DNA of 64,000 nt from Kondoa subrosea (lineage: Eukaryota), in NCBI GenBank assembly GCA_039545335.1, contig BCIN01000001.1:3599136-3663135 (forward strand). Reading direction: 5' to 3'. The position numbers were made by a program, and so were the translations under genes. Under the pieces are notes generated by a model. That model ran no database searches. It had not been told where the DNA came from and saw nothing but the letters and a program-made list of their open reading frames with translations. This document shows, in pieces, positions 37,716-48,773 of this stretch; within the stretch, counting starts at the first letter, position 1, and each line of letters begins with the position of its first letter.

Positions 37716-40381
37716 ATGGACCCACAGAGGTGCGCTCTGCTTGCATAGGTTTGCAATCTCACTTGTTGAGACCATCGTATCAGACAGCATCAGCTGCAAT
37801 CATTACTGAATTCAACAGACCGTCTGCCTGTTTCAGCTTTCACATCCATTTGCTCCACAGGAGTAGATCATCCAAGGTTACGAGCGCAAGTATGGCAACT
37901 ATTAGCTGGGATCTGTGATCTAAAGTCGCATCCTTCGACATGGCCAGCTCAGCTAGATCAAAGTCGGGCCAGTTATTACGAACTCGCTACGACTGTGCTT
38001 CAGCGGGTGGGAGGTGACCGCTCTGATAGGAAACATCGTATATATACAAAACAAGATCAAGATCTCATAGAGTAGGGTTTCCAGGCTGCTTTGATTACAA
38101 TGGCTGAAGGTGATCCAATCAGTTCAGCTAACGACACATATCGCACATGTCAAAGTATAAGCTTCTTCAGTCAACCGATTCCGTCACATCCGCAAAATCC
38201 TCTGTCAGCACCTGAATCTATATCCTCTCGAAAAGCGTTCTCTCGCTTGCAGACCCTCAAACCTCAGATCCGGCAAACACACCAAAAAAGGTCGTCAGGA
38301 GATTCGAAAGCTTCTTCTTCTTCCTGCCCTAACCCACTACCTTTGGACCGATATTCCGAAGCTCTACATCGTTTACTCTTTGTATGGGCATCATTAAATC
38401 CTGGCATAAGTTATATTCAAGGCATGTCTGAAATCGCTGCACCACTCTTATATGTATACGCACACGGTCAAGATCCGCAACACGCCGAAGCGGATTCTTT
38501 TGCTACTTTCTCGAAAATCCTACTCGGAACAGGTCTAGTCAATCTGTTTTCTAAAGAGGAAGATGAAGAAACTAGTTCCGCCGATACTGGTTTACATGCG
38601 GCTATGAACAGTATGATGGACGTCATTCGATCAAACGATGCAGAACTGTATAAACATTTAGAAGAACAAGGTGTTGAACCTGCTTATTTCGCTATCAAAT
38701 GGATGACCTGCGCTTTGGCTCAAAATACCGATCTACCTACTTTATTCGTTTTGTGGGATTATTTGTTATCCAATATACCGAATCCATCTTTACCTGGTTT
38801 GAGGTTGTGAGTGCAAAGGCCCTTCGCTTTCTAAGCAAGAAAGCTCATCTGGTCGATAATGACAGCTCCGGTTTTATGGAAGCTCTTCTAGACGTCTGCG
38901 CGTCAATTGTACTATCGTTGAGAGGAAGGTTGCTCGAAGCTGGTTTCTCCCTCTGCGTTGCAATCTTGCAAGATTACCGGATCGAACGAGCAGAAGAATT
39001 AGCTGACCTTGCTAGATCGTTGCATCAAAAGAGAATGGCCAACCTCATGCTTGGGGATGTGGAACCTGTACCAGCGAACAGGAATCTAGCAAACTTGTCA
39101 AAACGATTGCAATCTGTCAGAATGTGGACAGCTCCTGCTTTTACAACTCCGCCAACTCTACCTTCAGCAGCTGATACAAGTAAATGGCTGACATCCAAGT
39201 ACTCGACACTGAGGGAAACAGATGCAGCAGCTTCTATAGCCAAAGCAACATCAAATCTTCAAGCATCAGCTATGACTGCTTCTTCCAATCTGCAAGCATC
39301 TGCAATGTCGATAGGCGACGGTAGCAAGATATTGCAGGCCAACCTTTCTACTTACACTCCAAGTGTACTACGCTCTACCTCTCCCCTGCTGGATGCACCT
39401 TTCGAAGTTCCTGAACGCCTTACACCTCCTTCACCACCTCCTAAAAGTCCTTCGCCAACATTCTCAGAACCAGCCATCAAGCCGCTCTTGCTCGCGACTT
39501 TTTCTCCTACAACTACTCCACGTTCACCTGCTTTCCCTGGTCGCTCACCATCTGGTTTACATCGCTCGCCTCGCATATCTCCATCCAATTCCAGAAGGCA
39601 ATCGACTCAATCCGTCTTGTCGGACTCTAGTCGACACTCCTTGGAATCTAGAAGATTGTCATCAGAACTTCCTGCTTCTGCTGGTCTATACAGTCCTTTC
39701 AACGTCACCAAACGAGCAACGAGTCCTGGTGTACTCAATTACGTCTCTCATACTTCTTCAGCTTCTGCTTCTTCACCTTTGTCGTTCGCCAAACTTCGAC
39801 CTCATATCCGATCAGCTTCTTTAGCTATCGTTCCAAACTATGCATCAAACAATGCAGATACGCCACTCGTTAGTGGACCTTCTTCTTTGACGCGGAACGG
39901 CAGAAGACGACAAGGGTCTTTACCTGCCAGTCCAGTCTCAATGGGCAGAAGTGTCTCTGCTTCGGCAACGGAAACCAGGAGAAGTGCCAGTCCATTTATG
40001 TTCCCTCAATCGGAAAGTGTCAAAGAAAGGTCAAGGTCGATGAAGGAGGAGAAAGATGTGGTAGAAGTGCTGAAAGACAAAGAAGAGATGGAAGATTTAG
40101 ATGATGATATGGAATTGCTCGAAGAGGGAGAAGATGGAGAACCAGTCATTAGCAGCACAAGTACGCGGACTATATCGCCTACACCAGCTCGCTTCAGTCC
40201 AGAAGACGGACGCTACTCACCCGTATCCTTCAGAAGAGAAATTCTGCTTGATTCGCCTCCGAGGCGGTCGAGTCAAAGTCTGCGCAGAAGTTCGACAAGT
40301 CTATCAGTTGCTACGATAGCTGACTCGGGTAGCAGGACGCCTGAGTATTCTGAATTGTTGGATTCCTATGCAGATTTGTAG
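37716..40381 (+). CDS. TBC-domain Rab GTPase-activating protein with long Ser/Pro-rich C-terminus
   Basis: RLRAQVWQLL; NDTYRT (Arg-finger region); RLLFVWASLNPGISYIQGMSEIAAPL (Gln finger); AEADSF; YFAIKWMTC..LWDYLL. The 5' exon structure is uncertain. Confidence 0.82.
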
Positions 40382-40400
40382 GCTATGACAAGTATGCAAT

Positions 40401-42962
40401 TCACTTCAGAATCTTCTTTCTGTAGTAGCCAAAAGTTGTGTCAGTGAGACAAGGCAGTGGCAACACGCTTTACACTTACCGCTGCGCAGACCATTCTCGA
40501 GACAACTCTCCTGAACTCATCCAGCCTTCTGGCCAGAAAGGCACCAATTCAGCATACAACTTCTTTCTCGCAGTGTTTTCGGTAGGCTTCTTCTCGTCCG
40601 ACTTTTCAAGGTCACTGAAGAACGACATTAGATCTAAATGGACCTGACGACGACACAGTGCACTCACATCTTCTCGATTTGCAAATCGACCATAAGAGTT
40701 TCGAGAGTACAGATCTCGAACAAACACTGGCGCATTTCAGCATCGAGTTTGAATTTCTGTTTTGGGGCCACAGCTGAATCACAGGTAAGGGAACAAATTG
40801 TGTGCGCAAATTAGCGAAAGAACATACGACCTTGATCCTTCTTTTCCTCTTCACCTTCTTTCACAGGCGATGCACTGGCGGGATGAGCTTCTTGCCACTT
40901 CTGACGTTCTTCCGTGTATTTGGTGAGAGCTGCTGCATAAGCGTCTCGCGAAGGTTTGATGTTGCGCTGAATGCCTTTCTTGAGGTCTTCCTTAAGAGCG
41001 CTTTGTCGATCGGTCATCTCTTTCATTCGATGAGGAAAGATCTTGCGCTTGATCAATTTCTAGGTCGCACATCAGCTTGGCGAGATGGACCTTAGCACAC
41101 AGCCTACAGTGAGAGTGAATTTGTTGTAGGGCAAAATCTTGGTAAGAGTAGCAAAGTAGTTCTCGTCATACTCGCCGAGACGTATAGCAACGAAAGACAT
41201 GTCGAAGAGAGGTTGTTCCAAAGCAGGCGGGAACTTGTTTTTGGGAACAAAGGATTCTGTACGGTGGTTAGTAAAGGCACTAGATTGAAAACTTGAGACA
41301 GACCTTTGGCTACCAGAGGCTTGTAAGCTTCGATCAGGACCTGCAGTTCCTTCGGTAGCGGTTTCTGAAACCATGTCAGATGCTTTGCAACGCTTGTTGC
41401 AACTGAACACACCAGATTCAATTCTTTCTTGTTAGGCGTTGCTGCCAAAGAAGCAGGTACATTGGAAGAAGGAGGAATAGCGGGACTCTCTGATCTTGCG
41501 GTACCAGCAAAGGGAGCTGCGATTCGGGGCGCTGAGCCAGCAGCTGGAAGTACTTTGCCTTTCGGTTTACTTGCAGGTGCTGCTACTGAAGAAGGTGCTA
41601 CAGATTTCTCCTTCTCTCTGGCAGTACTCTTGGTTTCTACTGTCTTGGCACGCTTCTTAGCTGGTTGGTCTGTTTTCGTATCCGTTTTGGCTTCAGGTTT
41701 CGATTTACTTCTGGCTACAGGTTTTCTATAGAGCACACAATAAGGGCGGCTTGTATTGTAGACAACATTAGCTCACGGTTTGGCTTTCTCTTCTGCCGGT
41801 GCTTCAACCAATACTTCAACCTCTCCATTCGCAATAAAGAAACCTTCTTGAACCGGAACCGCATATTCATTGACAATGTCCAGATGTAATTCCGAATCAT
41901 CGACAAAAGAATCATCCGTATCATAACCCCCAAATCTTCCAAGAATGGGTTTCTTCCTCTCCGTAGATTTCTTCAATTTTTTGGTGTTGCCCAACAGGAT
42001 CATGGTAGAAGCAGAGATAGGGACAATCGAGGTTCTTGCTTTCTTACTCGGGTTCTCAGAAACTGAATCTTCCTCGTCGTCGGAAGAAGAGTGTTCAGGT
42101 TCAGGTTGATGAACAATCATTCCTCTCTCGTCAGCGATACCACGTAAATTGAATTCCCAGGTCTCATGCACTATCTTGCCTAGACCAGAAGAAGATGGAT
42201 TAGACAGATCAAAATCCAATCGAATGGTAGTCTGCGGTAAGATGGCTTTTCGAGGAGGTGTAGAATCTCTTGTTTTCCGCTTCTTTTTGTTGTTCGTTGT
42301 ACTTTCGCCTTCCTCTTCAGGAATGCTACCTGGAAGCTTTGAAGTAGATGCTTCCGGTGCACCATTGATAGCTAAAGAAGGTTGTTTGGGTACATGAGTC
42401 GATTTCTTTCGATGGTCATCATCTAATGCTATAGATCCAGCAACGGCTGCGAGCACTATGAGCCACCGTCCGAGACAACAACGAAAGTATACGTACACTC
42501 CTCGTCAGATTCGGTTTCGCTTGAAGCACCATTGGCATCAGCCATGGTTTGATCCTCAACGCCAAGTAGGGCTGTTGTTGTAGGTTCGATTGGATCATCA
42601 TCCGCCGAGTCTTCCAATGCAGAGAGCGCAGACAGAGCTTCAGACTGAGCTGATTTGTTTCGAGGGTCATTTTCGAGTACTTCGATTGAAGATGAACGCG
42701 ATCTAGCTGGCACTAGATGTGGGTTGTCTTGCTTCTATGAGGATAGACAGAGCAAAAAGATGGCACATAGAGCAGAAGAAGAGGAAACGAAAGTGAAATG
42801 AAGAGTGGTAAACAAAACATGTTTGATGAGTTCGGGTCGAAGGAAACGCGAAAAAGCGCTTGGACTGACCGCTTGCTTCTCCAATCGTGTCATAAAGTTG
42901 TCTGCCTCTGCATCCTGAGCCTCGAAAGGGTCTGCGCCATTCAAATCGGGATGAAGTGACAT
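40401..42962 (-). CDS. HPC2: HPC2/ubinuclein-like HIR histone chaperone subunit (HUN domain plus ubinuclein middle domain)
   Basis: GYDTDDSFVDDSE..EGFFIANGEV (HUN/HRD motif); KFPPALEQPL..YDENYFATLTKILPYNKFTLT; ARKKLYAELVPFWPEGWMSS. Confidence 0.8.
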
Positions 42963-42997
42963 TTGAGAGGTAGCTGACGAGGTCGACGTCGGACGAC

Positions 42998-43029
42998 GCC
43001 CTAGGAGAATTTTGAGCTTCTCCTAGGGC
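42998..43029. repeat. Perfect 12-bp inverted repeat with 8-nt spacer
   Basis: GCCCTAGGAGAA-ttttgagc-TTCTCCTAGGGC, 36 bp upstream of the HPC2-like ATG. Confidence 0.85.
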
Positions 43030-43543
43030 AATTTGCCACAATGTAAAAAAATCGCTTCGGTCTGTCCATAGAGAGCGATAGTTACACGAAGGTCAAGCCA
43101 ATACAGCTAGTACAATGTGATAGCTTGAAACTTGGTATGATTGGCCTTATTTCGGACGAGAGACACCTTCCCAAGGAGACCTGAATATCAGGGTCATTCC
43201 GCGCCGAAATTGGAACCTATTTCAATGGTATACATTGGATGATAGGAAGACATAAAACAGGGGTAGCAATAAGAAAAGACAACGATCTAGGTTTTTGACA
43301 CCAATTTGATAACACAGTCTTCTGCATTATTGAGACTGCACTGCTTGCTTTTCTGTCTTGAGCTGAACCCTCGAAACTCTGTACCTTGTTCCAGCGAAGT
43401 CCTGCTTTCCCGTCTTTGGTTGCAGACTTCAAGTCTTGACCAAAGCATATGTGCCCCATCACAGATCTGGAGCTCACTCGACACGATCGACTCTCTGATC
43501 CAGATGAGGATACCATGCAGGTGATCCCTTCTTCCGAAAGCTT

Positions 43544-44864
43544 TTAATCCAAATCCAACTCTTCTACGGAAGCGTTCTTTTTGGCCAAGTATATAGAGCA
43601 AACTTTCTTGTGCGACTCCCATTGCGAAGTGGCACATCAGACCGAGCAATAAGAAAGTAAAGAACAGCTTCCCGAAGCTTTGTATTGTCGATGAAGTTTG
43701 CCAGCATCGCGATCCACTTCTCCTTGCCCGCATAAAGCACAAACGATACATTCTCTTGTCGCTAGTCGAATGATCTTTTGATCCCTGCGTCGTTTACTCG
43801 ATTCGTACTGTATGTTGATTTTCGTTTTGAAACTCAAAGCACTAAACTTGCCCGATGCATCGAAAGTTGCACCTGCCTGGATCAGCATATGCTTAAAATT
43901 TGAACGTCGAATAGGGTCCGAAAAGACCTTGAAATCAAAAGGGAATCCCAAGAAGCACAGCGACTTTGAAAATGACCGGCTCTCAATCGTCTAGATGATC
44001 CAGTTCCCCACTCTTGTCGTTCGTTTTGACCTCTTCGGTACGTTTTTTTGAAGAGATTGAGAATAGGTAAGAGCTCAATCAGACCAAGCCCATACGCAGA
44101 GCTGCGATCTTGGCAGGCGAAAGATGTTCTTGATGCAGAGATACCATGACCCCGAGTGTCCTAATCTTCTGCCAGGTAGAAGCTAGACCAGAAGGTTCAT
44201 CCAGATTTAGTGCGAGAATCGACGCAATTTCCCGCTCAATGACAATGATCAACGTCGGAATGGTGCATTCTACAATGTAAAGAGGCAGCGATTTCAAATT
44301 GATATAGTTTCTGATGGCTTCGACTTTACAACAAATGACAGAGCTCGTTGGTGACCAGTAACGGAAGAACAGCGGTAGCTTACCTAATAAGTCTGAAATA
44401 GCATAGGCCTCATAGTATTCTTTCTCCTTCGCAGACATCTTTGAAGCATCTTTAAATTCCAGTTTCTTGTAGGTCCATGTACTTTCCGAAAGCACATGGA
44501 CTGCTTTGTCGTAGGCGGCCTTTGCCAAAGTGTGCAGGACTTGTGAAAAGATAGCTTGTGCTGCAGCCTCTTGGCCCAGCATAGCGAGATGTTACAGCTT
44601 GAGAGGTTCCAATTTCCCAATACTCTCTCTGCGATCAGCCAAAGCGCCAGACATTTCTAGCCATTCTTGTTCCTTGGCCCATTTCAAAGATTCCTCGCAC
44701 AGCATTCGAGATAGATGAGCAATATGCTCCCCATCCTTTCCTGAGTAGTGCATTACGCGTGCACCACGCCTAGGATCAGTGTGTCCGATATCGCGGTTTT
44801 GGAGCAAGCAATATTCTTGTTCCCAAGCACCATCCAGCTGATAGAAGTCTCTCAAATCTCTCAC
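43544..44864 (-). pseudogene. Disrupted MYND-type zinc-finger protein gene
   Basis: The C-terminus reads CALCG...ASGSCSLLSYCSV*CATSQWESHKKVC, a degenerate MYND finger. In-frame stops lie at 44592 (TAA), 43991 (TAG) and 43637 (TGA). No in-frame start ATG was found at the 5' end. Confidence 0.65.
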
Positions 44865-44887
44865 ACATATTAAGCAGGACCGCTGTG

Positions 44888-46466
44888 ATGAGTAAACCCC
44901 AATATGCTCAGTTGCCGACGAGCGAAGGCAGTTCAGCTAAGCTTCCAAGCCAAAATCCAGCAGAACCACCTCCGTCGAGCCGATTAGCAGTCTTCGCCTC
45001 TGTGACTTTCTATTTGGTTGCAGCACTTGTTGTGCGTCTCTTATACTGCGTTATTCAAGCTAGATCTGACGCCTGAGACGGTTTAGATGATAATGGTCAA
45101 TAGTAAGACATTGCATTCTCGAAACAACAAGCTTTCACTGACACTCTATCCTGTGCGCAGAATGGGTGCTGAATGCTGTTCGTAAGTGGGATAATCTTTT
45201 GCTATGCCAATAGCTGAACTCGCAACAGCTGCACCGCTCTTCTTTCTTCTGGTCCAGCTCGCTATAGCAGTGGTACTGCTGCATGCAGTTTCTTTCACGG
45301 GTGAGTATATTTCTATCAGATCCACGACCCTTTTCTGATCGCCATCGATAGGCTTCTTCAAAGTACCAAAACTCAGTCTTTCAGTCTCAAAAGGCTTGCT
45401 ACCTCTTATAGCGCTCAATTGCACCGGTTTGGCATTCAACACATATTGTTTGCAATACGTAGATGCGAGTTTCTACCAAGTTGGTCTATTCTTCATTCCC
45501 GGGCACAGTTTTTTGACCCAGAAACACTCAGATTGCCCGAGGACTTGTTTTACCCTTTACAACCTGTATCAGTTATTTCACACTAGGAACAACTCAATCC
45601 ACGCCTCTTCTGTCAGCAATCGGCATCATATGCTTGGGTTTCGTCGCGGGCGTATCAACAGAAAACCTGTCCGTCTCTGGTATTGGTATCATCTTGGGAG
45701 TGTGCTCCAGCATGACGACGGCTTTACATGCTATTACCGTCAAGAAGAGTCTGCCAGTCGTCAATGGTTCGGCTATGGATTTGGCTTACTATTCGAATCT
45801 ACTTTCCATGCTCGTCATGTTGCCGGCGGCGATCTTGGTAGAGACCAGTACTGTATTAGCTCTGTTTGCTGATGGAGGACCGGCATTGAGAACCTTCTGG
45901 ATCGGTGGGCTGACAACGGTAAGTCATTCTGGCCTTTGCCCTTTTTGCGAGAAGTAATGGTCATCAATGGCAATCTTGCAGGGCGTCTTTGGGTTCCTAA
46001 TATGTATTGCTGGCTTCATTTCCATCAAAGTTACCTCTCCAGTGTAAGCCTTGACAACCTGAACAGTCGTGTCCTTTATCTAAGATTCAATGTTTTTTCC
46101 GTGCGACCAGGACGCACATGGTTTCATCAGCTATAAGAGGAGTCTTTCAAACAGCACTGGGAGTATCAATCTTCAATGATGCGCTGACCACGTAAGTGAA
46201 AGTTCTCATTTTGCGCGTGAGACTGCTAAAAAAATGTAATCAGCGGTCGATTATCCGGTATCACGTTGATCATCTCAGGCAGCATATTCTATACTTGGTT
46301 GAAGGAACGAGAATTGCGGAAAAAGGAAGCAGCGGCCAAATCAGCAAATCAGCAATTAGCCGAAGAAACACAGCACGAGTCAACCTATGAAATGGATGAG
46401 CACGATGCTTTATCGGAAGCGGATGCTTTGATTGCCGCAGAGGAGAACAGGGAAAGGAAAGCGTAG
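44888..46466 (+). CDS. Golgi nucleotide-sugar transporter, GDP-fucose transporter (SLC35C1)-like
   Basis: SVTFYLVAALV|MIMVNKWVLN; FNTYCLQYVDASFYQ|IARGLVLPFT; GVCSSMTTALHAITVKKSLPVV; DLAYYSNLLS; SIKVTSPV|THMVSSAIRGV. Confidence 0.85.
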
Positions 46467-46604
46467 ATCGGTGCCGGGCGAATGACTGTAGATTCCCTTC
46501 TTGTTATGAAAATGCATATAGATCTAATGATCAATTAATCGCGCCTGAATAGCTTGTCTAATGATGCGTATGTACACTGTCTAACCTGTAATTACACGAT
46601 CCGA

Positions 46605-48427
46605 TTATCGTACAAGCGTTGCTGGATCAATACGAAGCGCTGAAGCCAGCCCAACTAAGTTCGATTCGTACAGTTGCAATCGAGCTACGGCCAGCGACTC
46701 TTCTGTTTTCGGCCATGAATATGAAGCCATGAGCGAATCTGCGCTGAAGCTGTGTGCTTCTTCTTCCAAGTAGGTCGTTCCATTTGCTCGAAGACGCTTG
46801 ATGGCTTCAATTGGCGAAACATCCTTTGGACTAGCCGCCGAAATCAGCGAGACGTCATGAGCTCAATTTACTGAAGCTCACTTTAGGACAGAGTTCTTTT
46901 CGTCCAGGAAAGGATAACCCGACCGGACTTCCTCAGTAATCAATACAGGAACCTGAGCAGCATTTAAGAAAAAGAATTATCCGCACAGGAGAGCTTATAC
47001 TGACATGAGCAATGATCGCAGCATATATAGCGGCCGATGCAGTGTTGTGAGTGTACTTTGGTGCAGAGTAAGGTGCTATGAGGACGTCGGCTGAATGCAG
47101 CTGTTCGTAGAGTGTAAGATAGCCAACTCCTTTGCGAGTTGCAACATTGGCCAGAGCGTCTGGCATTTCAAAGACGCCTCCACCAATAAATGCCTGTAAC
47201 AGCAACTCATCAGATGCTATCAAAGATTGAGCTGGAATTGTGACTTACAACCGTGAAGGGATCGTCGCATGTTGGATCCACTTCGAACGCCTCGTCATCT
47301 TTGCGCGGTTGGTAGCCCCAGAATTGCGGATCATCTGAGTGAAGTTAAGCTGCAGTGCGATCATACTAAGGCGAAACACAGACCTTCAATCTCCAGCTCG
47401 AGTTGTGGCAATAAATCATGATAGCCTGTAACAGCTTTGAGTAATTGCACTGTTCAACACATGTCAAGTCGCGCACCTTCCATCAAAGAAGCAGGAAGGC
47501 CATGAACAACCGCTTTTCGAATTCTGCGATGCTTGTTTGGATGCTTCTTCTTCTTGAGTGGATCGAGACCCATATCATACGGGAAGACTGGAGCGAAAAT
47601 TGCCATCTGTGGTATTTGGGCCAATCCTTCTTTCTTCCACAACGTTGTTGCTTTGTGCTGGACACTAAATTCGACGATGAGCTGTTTCAGAAGTCATTTA
47701 TAGCATGAGACATACTGCTCAGCCAAGGTTATAAAAGATATGGAATCTCTCTCCAGCCATGGAGTCAATGATTTCGACATTCGCTTCAGACTTGCCGTAT
47801 CGTGCAGTACGCAAACTATGGAGAATTTGGTCTGACGAGCGTTCCATATTCTCAGGTAGTGTTCCGTTGCAAAGGCGATCTCTTTGTCGCAGGAAGCTAA
47901 GAGGAGGTAGTCTATCCGTTCTGGCGAGGGATAGTCTGTTTTGAGATCCGACTCTAGGAGGATTACATCTTGAAGAAGATCTGAATCATAGATGCCTTCT
48001 AGCACTTGATCCAATCGATATCGAAAGGCACGTCCTTTGCGATAGACGTCATAGGTGAGCTGTCGTCGATCCGCCAATCCCTTTGCAGCGTAGATCAATG
48101 CGCCCAACACTTCATCATGCTGACCTGTTCGAAAAGCAAGCTTTACATAGGCCCTACTTTTACTCAGGTGAGCTGACCTTGATGTTCCGCTATCACTAAT
48201 CGAGGTTTCCGTAGATTTGTATCGCTTGAAAACACGGTATCCTCAAAATCCTCTACTAAGTCTGCCTTGAATCTTTTCGACAAGGTTGGTGATCCATTCT
48301 TGGTTGTCCAGAACACAGAAGCTGTGTGTGCAAGATACAGCGCAGTGAAAACAAGCACAAGTTTGGCTTGGTTCTTGCTAAGACCGAAAACTCGACTTGG
48401 AAGACGGAGCGGTCTGGCTGATTTCAT
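46605..48427 (-). CDS. Type II membrane protein, putative (GT-B-like) glycosyltransferase of unassigned family
   Basis: Short basic N-tail, one TM (LVLVFTALYLAHTASVFW) and a luminal domain. Motifs LVIAEHQG|QHDEVLGAL, IVCVLHD and YEQLHSADVLIAPY..ASAAIYAAIIAH|VPVL; the last resembles the GT-B nucleotide-binding helix region. Confidence 0.55.
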
Positions 48428-48773
48428 GATCCTTCCGGGCAGGCGAGAATGGCTGAAAGTTTGCAAGCGAAAGGAGGACAGCGCGAGCGGTTAAGAATCA
48501 TCGAGCGTTGAACGGGTTCCTGAGAGGGATAGACATTGCATCGTGGATCTTGTCTCAGTTGCAGCTTTATTTGCCGAACGCTCATTATAGCGCCCTTGAT
48601 CGAGACAGTACTCTTGTCAGCTAAAGTATTCCCCAGAGCTGTTCCTTCGAGTTTGGCCGGTTCGAATATTGTACAGGAGTAATCGAATTGAACAGGGCTC
48701 TACTCTGCAGCTCGACAGAGAGCACAGGTCAGGCTAGATAGTGCTCCATTTCACCTTAGAAGCTGCGACCATC

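Noticed and set aside
32783..44864. Stop-codon reassignment or selenocysteine readthrough to explain the in-frame stops
   Set aside because: All three stop types interrupt the relics, and intact genes in the window terminate with TGA, TAA and TAG. Decay is the simpler explanation.
48640..48680. GGTTCGAAT resembling a tRNA T-loop
   Set aside because: No T-stem or cloverleaf can be formed.
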